Source of the DNA: Alphaproteobacteria bacterium
GTDB taxonomy: Bacteria; Pseudomonadota; Alphaproteobacteria; JABAAW01; JAHZMA01
Reading direction: 5' to 3'
Length of the DNA stretch: 64,000 nucleotides
Assembly: GCA_965243045.1 (NCBI GenBank)
Contig: CBDETR010000004.1
Coordinates: 840,821 to 904,820 of the forward strand
Each line of letters begins with the position of its first letter. Position 1 is the stretch's first letter. This document shows, piece by piece, positions 42,079 to 51,672 of the stretch. The notes under the pieces are model-generated. The model was not told the origin of the DNA, ran no database searches, and was given only the letters and a program-made list of their open reading frames with translations. Both the position numbers and the translations under genes were made by a program.

Positions 42079-44325
42079 ATGAAATTAACCGATACTGAAA
42101 TTCGTGATATTACCAAATCGTTGGAAGCGGGCAAGCCATTGCCTGATAAATACCGCTTTATGCTGTTTGATGATGACCGTCAAGTAGAATTGGTATGGAG
42201 TGGCAAAACGGCTGAAATCTGTAATGTTGTGCTTCCCTTTCAAATCATCGAACAGGTAGATGAGCCGCGCCGTAAGGATGCTGTGGCTGATGGGCAAATT
42301 GGTTTATTCGACCCCAATAGTGGCAGGCAATTAAAGGGGTGGAGCAATAAGCTGATATGGGGCGATAATAAACTGATTTTATCCTCGCTGAAAAATGGCA
42401 CGATGCGTGATGAGATTGAAAAGCAAGGTGGCATTAAGCTGATTTATATCGACCCGCCCTTTGATGTGGGTGCGGATTTTACGATGGATATTGCGGTAGG
42501 CGATGAAACCTTTACCAAACAGCCAAATATTTTGGAAGAGCTTGCTTACCGTGATACATGGGCAAAAGGCGCGGATAGTTTCATTGCGATGATTTATGAG
42601 CGGTTGATGCTGATGCGCGATTTGCTGGCAGATGATGGCAGTATTTATGTCCATTGCGATTGGCGCGTCAATGCCTATATCCGCCTCGCGATGGATGAGG
42701 TGTTCGGTAAAGGGAATTTTCGAAATCAAATTGTTTGGAAACGAACATCTGCACATAGTGATTCAAAAGGTTATGGTCAAATAAGTGATTTTATTGTTCA
42801 TTCAAGTAAAATGAATAATTATATATTTAATAAAATTTTCACTGCGTTTGACGATGATTATTTAAAACGATTTAATCATCAAGATTCCGATGGAAGAAAA
42901 TGGACTGATGGACCACTTACAGCATCAGGGTTAAGTGGTGGTGGTTATACATATACTTATAAAGGGATACACGGTTTTTGGAGATGTCCAGAAATTACCA
43001 TGCAAAAACTTGAAAAGGATAATAGACTTTATTTTACTACAGGGAATACAATTAGAATTAAGAAATATCTTGATGAGTTAGAAGGAAAACCACTTCAAAA
43101 TATATGGACTGATATTTTTCCTGTGAATTCCCAAGCAAAAGAAAAAGTTAACTATCCCACGCAAAAACCTGAAGCCTTGCTTGAGCGGATTATCAAAGCC
43201 TCATCGAATGAGGGTGATATTGTCGCTGATTTTTTTGCAGGTTCTGGCACAACATTGGCAGTGGCTGAAAAATTAGGGCGCAAATGGATAGGTTCGGATT
43301 TGGGAAAATTTGCCATTCATACCACCCGCAAACGCATGATTGCGGTGCAGAGGCAATTAAAAACTGATGGTAAATCATGGCGTGCTTTCGAGATACTTAA
43401 TCTTGGCAAATATGAACGGCAACATTATATTGGCGTTAATCTCAACCTGCCCGAAGCCGAACGTATCAAACAAATAAATGCCCGCGAAGCCAATTACACC
43501 GCAATGATTTTACATGCCTATCGCGCCGAAAAAAGTGAGAGTTTTAGCCATTTTCAAGGCAAAAAATTAGGACGGATGGTGGCGGTTGGCCCTATCAATT
43601 TGCCCGTAACACGGTTATTTGTAGAAGAATTGATTTTGCAATGTCGCAAGAATAATATTACGCAAATTGATATTTTGGCCTTTGAATTTGAAATGGGCTT
43701 ATTCCCATCAGTCCAAGAAGAAGCCAAAACCAAAGGCATTGATATGGCAATGAAATATATCCCCCGTGATGTGTTTGATAAACGCGCCATTGAAAAAGAC
43801 GAGGTGGTGTTTCATGATGTTTCTTATATAGAAGTGGAACGGGTTATAAAAGATGGCAAGCTGGCGGTAAAATTAACCGATTTTTCAGTCTATTATTCGC
43901 AAGATATGCTGGCAAATGTCATGGCGGGCTTGAAAAAGGGTAAGCAGAAGATTATTCTAACCGGTGGCAAAATCATCAAAATAGCCAAAGATAAAGAAGG
44001 GGTAGAAAGCCAAGAAATATTAACGCAAAATTGGCATGATTGGATTGATTATTGGGCAATAGATTTTGATTATGAATCGCGCCGTGAAATTATCAGGGTG
44101 AAAGATAGCGAAACAGATGAATATATAGAACAATGGAGCGGGGATTATATTTTTGAAAACAGGTGGCAATCCTTCCGCACCAAAAAAGACAAAAAGCTAG
44201 AATTTGAAAGTGTGGCTGTTGATATTGCGGGCGATAAAACCCGCAAGCATAAACGCAAAGTGGCCATAAAAGTGGTCGATATTTTCGGCAATGATACAAT
44301 GAAAATAATGGAGATAGTGGTATGA
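42079..44325 (+). CDS. mod: type III restriction-modification methyltransferase (Mod)
   Basis: NKLIWGDN, IYIDPPF, YPTQKPEALLERII, DFFAGSGTT, KVVDIFGND. Confidence 0.92.
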   Translation: MKLTDTEIRDITKSLEAGKPLPDKYRFMLFDDDRQVELVWSGKTAEICNVVLPFQIIEQVDEPRRKDAVADGQIGLFDPNSGRQLKGWSNKLIWGDNKLILSSLKNGTMRDEIEKQGGIKLIYIDPPFDVGADFTMDIAVGDETFTKQPNILEELAYRDTWAKGADSFIAMIYERLMLMRDLLADDGSIYVHCDWRVNAYIRLAMDEVFGKGNFRNQIVWKRTSAHSDSKGYGQISDFIVHSSKMNNYIFNKIFTAFDDDYLKRFNHQDSDGRKWTDGPLTASGLSGGGYTYTYKGIHGFWRCPEITMQKLEKDNRLYFTTGNTIRIKKYLDELEGKPLQNIWTDIFPVNSQAKEKVNYPTQKPEALLERIIKASSNEGDIVADFFAGSGTTLAVAEKLGRKWIGSDLGKFAIHTTRKRMIAVQRQLKTDGKSWRAFEILNLGKYERQHYIGVNLNLPEAERIKQINAREANYTAMILHAYRAEKSESFSHFQGKKLGRMVAVGPINLPVTRLFVEELILQCRKNNITQIDILAFEFEMGLFPSVQEEAKTKGIDMAMKYIPRDVFDKRAIEKDEVVFHDVSYIEVERVIKDGKLAVKLTDFSVYYSQDMLANVMAGLKKGKQKIILTGGKIIKIAKDKEGVESQEILTQNWHDWIDYWAIDFDYESRREIIRVKDSETDEYIEQWSGDYIFENRWQSFRTKKDKKLEFESVAVDIAGDKTRKHKRKVAIKVVDIFGNDTMKIMEIVV

Positions 44326-45515
44326 ATGATAATAAATATTCCAATAATCGGCGACATGCAAATAGGAGACATCACTCACCTAATAATATTCAAAAACCTG
44401 TTAATAAATTAAAAGAAATCACCATTAATGGATTTAAATCACTGGAAAAAATTGAAAAATTTTCTTTACAAGATTTAAATATTCTGGTTGGTGCTAATGG
44501 CGTTGGTAAATCCAATTTTTTAAATATTTTTGAAATGCTTAATTGGATGATACGTGGTAAAAATTTACAAGAATATATTTCTAGAAAAGGTGGCGGTGAT
44601 GATTTGCTTTTTAATGGTGCAAAACATACAAGGTCTATAGATTGTCTAATGACATTTTCAACAAGCACAGGAGAAACAGAGTATAGCTTTAATTTACAAC
44701 ATACAGACAATAATCAACTGACCTTTTCTCGTGAAGAATATAGATTCATGAGTGTAAGTGCACAAGAAATTAAGCGTAGTAAATCCAATTGGAAACAACT
44801 CGGCATCGGACATATGGAAGCTAAAATACTTGATAGTAATGATAAAACCGCGCAAGTAACGCGTAAAATTTTACAAAATTGTACTATCTATCAATTCCAT
44901 GATACTTCTGAAACCAGCCCATTAAAATTTAGTTCAGATATAACAGATAGAATTTTTTTGAAAGGCAATGGGCAAAATCTTGCATCTATTTTATATGATT
45001 TGCAACAAAATCAACATAAATATTATCAAGAAATTATTGAAAACATTCGTCTGGTATTGCCAATTTTTGCTGATTTTGAGTTACAACCCTATCATGGCAA
45101 AATTGCATTAAGATGGCGAAGGAATAATATGGATGATAAAACATTTGGAGCGCATTTAACATCAGATGGAACTTTACGCTTTTTTGCATTGGTTACATTG
45201 TTATGTTTACCAAAAGACAGAAAACCTGATGTACTGCTGTTAGATGAACCTGAATTGGGATTGCATCCTTATGCCATTTCATTATTGGCTGATTTGATTA
45301 AACGTCTAGCAAAAAGCAAGCAAGTAATTGTTGCAACGCAATCAGCACTCCTGCTAAACGAGTTTAATGCTGAAAATATTATTGTTGCAAATATGTCTGA
45401 TAATGGGGCAACAACAATGAAACGCCTTAAACAGAATGATTTAAAACAATGGCTTGATAAATATCAAATGGGCGAGTTATGGCAAAAAAATGTTTTTGGG
45501 GGCAACCCTAAATGA
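44322..45515 (+). CDS. AAA/ABC-type ATPase (AAA_15/AAA_21 family)
   Basis: GANGVGKSN, SDGTLRF, LLLDEPELGLHP, ATQS. Confidence 0.9.
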   Translation: MNDNKYSNNRRHANRRHHSPNNIQKPVNKLKEITINGFKSLEKIEKFSLQDLNILVGANGVGKSNFLNIFEMLNWMIRGKNLQEYISRKGGGDDLLFNGAKHTRSIDCLMTFSTSTGETEYSFNLQHTDNNQLTFSREEYRFMSVSAQEIKRSKSNWKQLGIGHMEAKILDSNDKTAQVTRKILQNCTIYQFHDTSETSPLKFSSDITDRIFLKGNGQNLASILYDLQQNQHKYYQEIIENIRLVLPIFADFELQPYHGKIALRWRRNNMDDKTFGAHLTSDGTLRFFALVTLLCLPKDRKPDVLLLDEPELGLHPYAISLLADLIKRLAKSKQVIVATQSALLLNEFNAENIIVANMSDNGATTMKRLKQNDLKQWLDKYQMGELWQKNVFGGNPK

Positions 45516-46066
45516 AAAGACTTGCCATTATTGTTGAAGGATTTACAGAACAAGATTTTGTTCAGACAATTCTAATAAATAATTTATCAAATTTACATAT
45601 TGCTTATATTAATTTAAGGGGAGGCAGAATATCAATAAATTCAATTATAAGAGATGTGAGTAATCTAATCGATAATTACGATTATGTCACAACATTGATT
45701 GATTATTATGGACTTAAAGAAACCAATAATAAAAGCATTGAAGAAATTGAGGTAGAACTACAACAAAAAATAGCAAATAATCGTTTTATCCCTTATATAC
45801 AAAAATATGAATTTGAAGCTTTACTTTTTTCTGATATAGCAAAGATAGAAAACAGTTTAGGGAAACGTTTCACACAAAAAAAGATAAAAAACAAGCCTGA
45901 AGAAATCAATCATAATAACCCCCCATCAAAATTATTGGCACGCATTTTCCCTGATTACATTAAAAGGTCACATGGGAATGCTATTTTAAAAGAAATAGGT
46001 TTGCAAAATATTAGAGAACAATGTCCTCGTTTTGATGAATGGATTAAAAAATTAGAAAAGTTGTAA
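45512..46066 (+). CDS. DUF4276 family (TOPRIM-like) protein
   Basis: IIVEGFTEQDF, TTLIDYYG, PYIQKYEFEALLFSD, PEEIN, PSK, CPRFDEWI. Confidence 0.85.
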   Translation: MKRLAIIVEGFTEQDFVQTILINNLSNLHIAYINLRGGRISINSIIRDVSNLIDNYDYVTTLIDYYGLKETNNKSIEEIEVELQQKIANNRFIPYIQKYEFEALLFSDIAKIENSLGKRFTQKKIKNKPEEINHNNPPSKLLARIFPDYIKRSHGNAILKEIGLQNIREQCPRFDEWIKKLEKL

Positions 46067-46067
46067 C

Positions 46068-48707
46068 ATGACCCTCTCGCCTAAATTCCCTGCATCGCCT
46101 CATGAAATTCTAGCCCCTGAAATTCGCTGGAAGCCCGATGCTACTCATGATGCGTTATTGCCACCCTTAGTGCAAGCCTTACGCACACAGGTGCAACAAT
46201 TCCGTGATGATGATTATGTCCAAGCAACCGCAACCAGTCGCACATTATTAAAATATTGGTTTCAAACCGAACATATCATGGGCGATATGATGAATGGAGG
46301 ACAAAGCTTTCAATATTATTTTGCCCAGCGTGAGGCAGTGGAAACCATCATTTATCTATATGATGTGATGCAGGCGAAAGATAAATATGATTTGATGCGT
46401 CTTGATGAAACGGGCAATATATCAGCAAGCATGTTTCCTGAAAATTGGTTGCGCTTTGTGATAAAAATGGCAACAGGTTCGGGCAAAACCAAAGTGATGA
46501 GTTTGATATTAGCATGGTGTTTTTATCATAAATTATATGAGGTGGGTTCTAACCTCGCCCGTAATTTTTTGGTGATTACCCCTAACATTATTGTGCTTGA
46601 TAGAATACGCAGTGATTTTGACGGGCTTAAGATTTTTTTCACCGACCCGGTCATTCCTGATAATGGCTACCAAGGGCAAAATTGGCGTGATGATTTTCAG
46701 CTTAATTTACATATCCAAGATGAGGTGAATATCATTAACCCAATTGGTAATATTTTCTTGACCAATATTCATAGAGTTTATACAGGTAACGAGGTTTTAC
46801 CCAGCGCAGATGATGATAACACAATGAATTATTTTTTAGGTAAACGCCCGACCTCAAGCGATGGTAAAATAGATTTAGGCAAAATTGTACGGAACATTGA
46901 TGAGCTGGTGGTGATTAATGATGAAGCGCATCATATCCATAATGATAAATTATCATGGTTTACCTCGCTTCAGGATATTCATCATCATTTGGTGCAAAAG
47001 GATAAATTCTTATCATTGCAAATTGATGTTACCGCAACACCAAAACATAATAATGGCAATATTTTTGTGCAAACCATTTCGGATTATCCGCTTGTGGAAG
47101 CCATATCGCAAAATGTGGTGAAGCATCCTGTTATTCCAGATGATGAATCTTGCGCAAAATTAATCGAAAAGCAAAGCTCAAAATTTACTGAAAAATATGC
47201 TGATTATATCAATCTAGGGGTGGAAGAATGGCGCAAGGTACATGCCGAGCATAAAAAATTAGGCAAGAAAGCTATTCTATTTATTATGACAGATGACATC
47301 ACAAATTGCGATGATGTGAAACAATATTTAGAACAAACCTATCCGCAATTTGAAAAAGCCGTGCTTGCTATTCATACCAATAAAAGCGGTGAGATAAAAG
47401 ATGATAAGGAATTACAAGAATTGCGTAAAGCAGCCAATGAAATAGATAGGCTTGATAATCCTTATAAAGCGGTGGTTTCTGTATTAATGCTAAAAGAAGG
47501 TTGGGATGTTAAAAATGTTACCACCATTGTAGGGTTGCGTGCTTATTCAGCCAAAAGTAATATTCTGCCCGAACAAACATTAGGGCGGGGTTTGCGCCGT
47601 ATGTATCCTGAAAACCAAGATGTGCCAGAATATGTCAGCGTGGTAGGCACAAAAGCCTTCATGGAATTTGTCAAAGAGATTCAACATGAAGGGGTGCGGT
47701 TAGAAGAAGTTGAAATGGGAGAAGGCACAAAACCTAAAACAGCATTAGTGATAGAAATTGATAAAGATAACAAAGCAAAAGATTTACAAAAACTAGATAT
47801 AGAAATCCCTATTCTCACAACAAGAATTTATCGCGATTATGAAAAATTATTAGACATTGAGTTGGAACAATTACCGTATCAAAAAATTATCTACCAGCAA
47901 TTTGAAAAAGATGGGGTAAGGGAGATTGTGTTTAAAGATATTGTCAGTGATGAGGTTAATCATACCACCCTATTAGATGATTGGGCAAACCTTGATTATC
48001 GCTCTGTGATTGGTTATTTTACCCGAACGGTCATGAAGGAATTAAGGTTGTTTTCTGGTTATGATATTTTATATGCTCTTATGAAAGAATTTATTACCCA
48101 TCATTTGTTTGATAAAGATATTATATTAAATGATGTGAATACGGTGATAAATTTATCCCAAATAGAAGTAACCCGCACCATTATTGAAACATTCGTTAAA
48201 ATCATCAATCAGCTCACAATATATGACAAAGGCACAACAGAAATAAGCGGTTCGCATAAATTGAGTAATATGAAACCTTTTCAAATGAAAGAAAAAGAGT
48301 TTTTAATACCGCAAAAAAGCATTGTAAATAAAATAGTAGGTGATAGCAATTTAGAACTGCGCTTTGCAGAATTTCTTGAAAATTGTAGTGATGTTATTGC
48401 CTATGGTAAAAATTATCTGGCCGTACATTTTAAGCTAGAATATGTAAGAGAAGATGGCAATATATCACATTATTACCCTGATTTTTTTGTTAAACAAACG
48501 GAAAAACAGATTTATATTGTAGAAACAAAAGGATTAGAAGATTTAGATGTGCCACATAAAATAAATCGATTGAAGCAATGGTGCGAAGATGTGAATAAAG
48601 TTTCAATGATAAAGTTTGGCTTTATCTTTGTTGATGAGGAAGGTTTTGATAAATATCGTCCATCATCTTTTGATGGTTTAATAAGAAGTTTTGTCAAATA
48701 CCAATAA
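46068..48707 (+). CDS. res: type III restriction endonuclease (Res)
   Basis: YFAQREAVET, MATGSGKT, NDEAHH, LKEGWDV, QTLGRGLR; C-terminal YYPDF...VETKG nuclease motif. Confidence 0.92.
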   Translation: MTLSPKFPASPHEILAPEIRWKPDATHDALLPPLVQALRTQVQQFRDDDYVQATATSRTLLKYWFQTEHIMGDMMNGGQSFQYYFAQREAVETIIYLYDVMQAKDKYDLMRLDETGNISASMFPENWLRFVIKMATGSGKTKVMSLILAWCFYHKLYEVGSNLARNFLVITPNIIVLDRIRSDFDGLKIFFTDPVIPDNGYQGQNWRDDFQLNLHIQDEVNIINPIGNIFLTNIHRVYTGNEVLPSADDDNTMNYFLGKRPTSSDGKIDLGKIVRNIDELVVINDEAHHIHNDKLSWFTSLQDIHHHLVQKDKFLSLQIDVTATPKHNNGNIFVQTISDYPLVEAISQNVVKHPVIPDDESCAKLIEKQSSKFTEKYADYINLGVEEWRKVHAEHKKLGKKAILFIMTDDITNCDDVKQYLEQTYPQFEKAVLAIHTNKSGEIKDDKELQELRKAANEIDRLDNPYKAVVSVLMLKEGWDVKNVTTIVGLRAYSAKSNILPEQTLGRGLRRMYPENQDVPEYVSVVGTKAFMEFVKEIQHEGVRLEEVEMGEGTKPKTALVIEIDKDNKAKDLQKLDIEIPILTTRIYRDYEKLLDIELEQLPYQKIIYQQFEKDGVREIVFKDIVSDEVNHTTLLDDWANLDYRSVIGYFTRTVMKELRLFSGYDILYALMKEFITHHLFDKDIILNDVNTVINLSQIEVTRTIIETFVKIINQLTIYDKGTTEISGSHKLSNMKPFQMKEKEFLIPQKSIVNKIVGDSNLELRFAEFLENCSDVIAYGKNYLAVHFKLEYVREDGNISHYYPDFFVKQTEKQIYIVETKGLEDLDVPHKINRLKQWCEDVNKVSMIKFGFIFVDEEGFDKYRPSSFDGLIRSFVKYQ

Positions 48708-48709
48708 TT

Positions 48710-48875
48710 ATTCCCCTATCCCATTATCAAAACTTGCTAGCAAGGCTTTAATATCACGGATGCGCCATTTAATTCCTCTAACCCGTTATATTTTTCATTA
48801 CATTGTTTTTTGCGTCATGGATGCGCCTTTCTCAGCTTTTGGCTGGGAAGCGGTGCTATATGTCCAAGCGTTTCG
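48710..48875. repeat. direct repeat copy (partner at 52558-52662); includes an AlpA-like C-terminal remnant on the minus strand
   Basis: ATTCCCCTA.CCAT.ATCAAAACTTGCTAGCAAGG...GCTATATGTCCAAGCGTTTCG shared; minus strand reads KWRIRDIKALLASFDNGIGE*. Confidence 0.8.
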
Positions 48876-48926
48876 ATGAGACATATACTGGCGATTATGT
48901 GCAAAATTTTTGAAAAATAATGCTAA

Positions 48927-49079
48927 TTATTTACTGTTGTTTTTTTGTGGGGGAGGTGGCGATTGAGGTAACATCGCTTTAGGTGGTTGCTGACCGTATG
49001 TTGCTGTACCTGGGCTTCCTTGAGGTTTCACCATACTAACAGGCGGTTGCTGACCTTCATTAAGTGTCTTTTTTGTCAT
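48927..49079 (-). CDS. small Pro/Gln-rich protein (or tail of a truncated membrane protein)
   Basis: GGAG about 8 nt before the ATG; repeated GQQPP motif. Confidence 0.4.
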   Translation of the reverse strand: MTKKTLNEGQQPPVSMVKPQGSPGTATYGQQPPKAMLPQSPPPPQKNNSK

Positions 49080-49152
49080 AGTATTTTCTCCAATAAATAT
49101 TGCTATTAAAATCAAAACAAATGATAGAATTAAAATCCAATCACGATAAACA

Positions 49153-49476
49153 TCAATTTTTTTGCATAACTTATGTTAGCACGGGGGTGCTGAAAATGTC
49201 ATCGATGGTTATTAAGAGTAATAGCGGGGGTTTGGGGGTTATTTTTATGCGTGGGCTTCTGCCTCACGCTATATAAAATGTCGCACCCCCATTAATAATG
49301 ATGTGCGGGGGTTTGGGGGTTGAGGCGAGTCCCGATGCCAGTTTTAAGTACAGCGGGGGGATTTTTAAGGCAAGCGCAAGCGATATAGTTAGCACGGGGG
49401 TGCGGGGGCATCGCGATATGGCGGGCTTGCCCTCGCCATGGACGCGTATGTCGACCCCCGCATTAATATCGAGCAT
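49153..49476. repeat. direct repeat copy B with nested modular repeat insertions
   Basis: Same as 40451-40636 plus an extra ~125 bp; 49224-49290 is a near-exact reverse complement of 55447-55513. Confidence 0.9.
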
Positions 49477-49558
49477 CGCACCCCCCTTTATAAATAATGT
49501 GGAGGTGGGGCGGTGGTGTAATAAGCATGATGCTTGGTGCATAAATTTTAAAATATTG

Positions 49559-51241
49559 TTAAGAATCATAGATACTAAAATTATTTTTGAATAATTCAAA
49601 TTCTTCTTTTTCAATAATAGGATTGAGGTCTTTCAATTTTGAATAATCTATAATAATGTTTTCTTTTAATTCTTTTTTAATATCGTCTTGTAACCAGCTA
49701 CTATTCCAAATTATAGTTTTCTTGTGCCTTACAATGTTACATATAGTTTTCTTGTGCCTTACAATGTTACATAAAGGGGTATCAGAAATAATTAATTTTT
49801 CATCATCTATTTTCAACCCTGTTGCTATTCTTTGCATCCAAATATGTAGATGTTCGGTATTGGGGAGGTTATTGAATTTTTTAATAACTTTTTTCAATAA
49901 TTTTTTCTTTTCTTCTTCATTTTTTATCCAACTTAAGAGATAACTTATAATAGCAGATATTTGGACATAAGCTTTAGGATTTTTATAAGCAATATCAGTA
50001 CAAATACTGATAAATAATGTTGGGTTTTTTTCATGTTTTTTAAAATCTTCTTGTTCCATATAATAATGAAGTCGGTAATAAAAATTTGTTAATGCGCTTA
50101 TTAGGCTACCTGAATTTGAGAATTGAGTGGCTAAATCATAGATTGTTAGCAAATGATTTCGTAAACTTGCTTCAATCATTTTTTGCTTCACTGCTTCAGG
50201 ATTTTCACCAGAAGCTTTTCTTTTCCAGTAAAAATTATCACCAATGACGGATTGTTTTTTCCAATAAATTTTGTCAGCTTTTATTGAATCAAAAATTAAT
50301 TCGTCTGAAAATTTTGTTTTTTCTGCATTGAGTTTTAAGCCAAGCTCAAACATAGTTTCAGTAAGGCATTTTACAATTTTTTGTCCATCTTGTCTTGAGT
50401 TGGTAAAAATTTTATAATCATCCCTATAGCGAATAATTTTGTAATTTTTTATTTTAATTTTTTTAATTTTTGAGGTTAGCATACAATCGCTATATCCCAA
50501 TAATATTTCTGCAATGAAATCCATTAGCACCGAACCTTGTGGAATACCATTGGTTTGACCGTGCGACATATCTGTTAAATGTTTATCAATAATATTTCCT
50601 ATTAAATTAGGATTATATCTGTCTTTTTTTGCGGAGCATTTACTATGAAGTGCCCATGCGATTGAATGTGTGTAAATCGAACCATAACAATCGGTAATAT
50701 CCGTTTGTGTTAGGCAATCATAATCTAATGCCATCTCGATAGATTTTTGTTCGATGCTTTGCCACCAATTTAATATTTGTTCTACTCTGTCAGTTTCTTC
50801 TGTTTGAGATTTTCGTGGTATGCTGGTGCATCGAATGTTTTTGTTTGTTTGAAGTTGTTCAAACCTTTCACAAATTAATTTCCAGCTTTCTTTTTTTGTT
50901 ATTTCATGCACAAGAGAAACATACAATGCGGGATGAATGAGTTCTAATGGCCGCCAAGCGTATTTTCCATCTTTATTAAACAATAATTTGTAATTAACAT
51001 CATCATAATTGCTTGGATTTTTTTTAGAAAAACATGGCTTTTTTTTAGAAAAACATGAAAGATTTTTTCTGCCTAAACATTCATCCATTTTTGATAAGAG
51101 AGGTTCAAAATTAAAATAATTTGGTAAGTCAAAATTACAGTAACTTTCTTGTTTCAGTAAAAAAGCTTTTGCCTCAACATTATTCATCTCTAATATAGTT
51201 TTACTTGTGTTTGATTGAGTCATGTTATTACCTTTAGCCAT
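49559..51241 (-). CDS. Abi-P2-like defence-associated reverse transcriptase
   Basis: RT motifs TDITDCYGSIYTHS, QTNGIPQGSVLMD, RYRDDY, LNAEKT; N-terminal SY..LP.Y.NF and KDG.Y.WR and C-terminal PNTE.L.IW.QR match Abi-P2 as recalled; start may be 51223. Confidence 0.85.
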   Translation of the reverse strand: MAKGNNMTQSNTSKTILEMNNVEAKAFLLKQESYCNFDLPNYFNFEPLLSKMDECLGRKNLSCFSKKKPCFSKKNPSNYDDVNYKLLFNKDGKYAWRPLELIHPALYVSLVHEITKKESWKLICERFEQLQTNKNIRCTSIPRKSQTEETDRVEQILNWWQSIEQKSIEMALDYDCLTQTDITDCYGSIYTHSIAWALHSKCSAKKDRYNPNLIGNIIDKHLTDMSHGQTNGIPQGSVLMDFIAEILLGYSDCMLTSKIKKIKIKNYKIIRYRDDYKIFTNSRQDGQKIVKCLTETMFELGLKLNAEKTKFSDELIFDSIKADKIYWKKQSVIGDNFYWKRKASGENPEAVKQKMIEASLRNHLLTIYDLATQFSNSGSLISALTNFYYRLHYYMEQEDFKKHEKNPTLFISICTDIAYKNPKAYVQISAIISYLLSWIKNEEEKKKLLKKVIKKFNNLPNTEHLHIWMQRIATGLKIDDEKLIISDTPLCNIVRHKKTICNIVRHKKTIIWNSSWLQDDIKKELKENIIIDYSKLKDLNPIIEKEEFELFKNNFSIYDS

Positions 51242-51338
51242 AAATTAAGGTGATAAATTAACTTAAAAATTAAATAATTGCTATTATAAACTTACATTCA
51301 CCCGCCTTGCCACATACTCACAGCCGTAAAGTTTTAGA

Positions 51339-51672
51339 AGTGCTCGCACTACGTACATTCCGCCCTTGAGTTTTTATCATAATTTTGTTAAGCTTATGAT
51401 GCCTTGTGATATAAAAATCACAAATAGGCAAACTGGGTTTCAACACCCGTATAGACGGCGATATTTCATCGTCGTTATGGAAACACAAAGTTTCCTACTG
51501 GCTAGCTTTGTGTTTCTGTGTTCTCGGTTCTTTGAACCGGGGACGATATTTATGTCCAAGTTGCTATTTCGGTAGTGACTAAAGAATATCGAGCTGTTTC
51601 TATACCAGCTGTTGAATCTCCGGTTCGCTAGAGAGCTAAATCTCTAGCGAGACGAACAGGAGATGCCGATAT
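51339..51672 (+). ncRNA. candidate highly structured RNA (about ten consecutive hairpins), unassigned
   Basis: Consecutive stems whose mismatches are G-U wobbles on the + strand, e.g. ACGGCGAT/ATCGTCGT, GGAAACACAAAG/CTTTGTGTTTCT, GTTCTCGGTTC/GAACCGGGGAC, AGTTGCTAT-TTCG-GTAGTGACT, TCGCTAGAGA/TCTCTAGCGA. Confidence 0.6.

Noticed and set aside
42720-43150. AT-rich segment inside mod as an insertion element
   Set aside because: In frame and located between the conserved motifs, as expected for the variable target-recognition domain
49264-49614. ORFs 49264-49614 and 49298-49594 (also 55326-55541, 55340-55531, 54227-54499)
   Set aside because: Translations of GC-rich repeat elements or shadows of real genes
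49559-51241. RT as a group II intron, DGR or classic retron RT
   Set aside because: YRDD rather than YADD; no maturase X domain or intron domain V seen; no TR/VR pair; no VTG retron motif; overall motif pattern fits Abi-P2
51366-51575. 69-aa ORF over the hairpin region
   Set aside because: TTG start, no RBS, no recognisable motif; hairpin structure explains the sequence better
51339-51672. Hairpin array as rnpB, tmRNA, SRP or 6S RNA
   Set aside because: No GAGGAAAGTCC RNase P motif, no tRNA-like tmRNA ends, no SRP helix-8 motif, and not a single long rod as in 6S; Rfam search still needed
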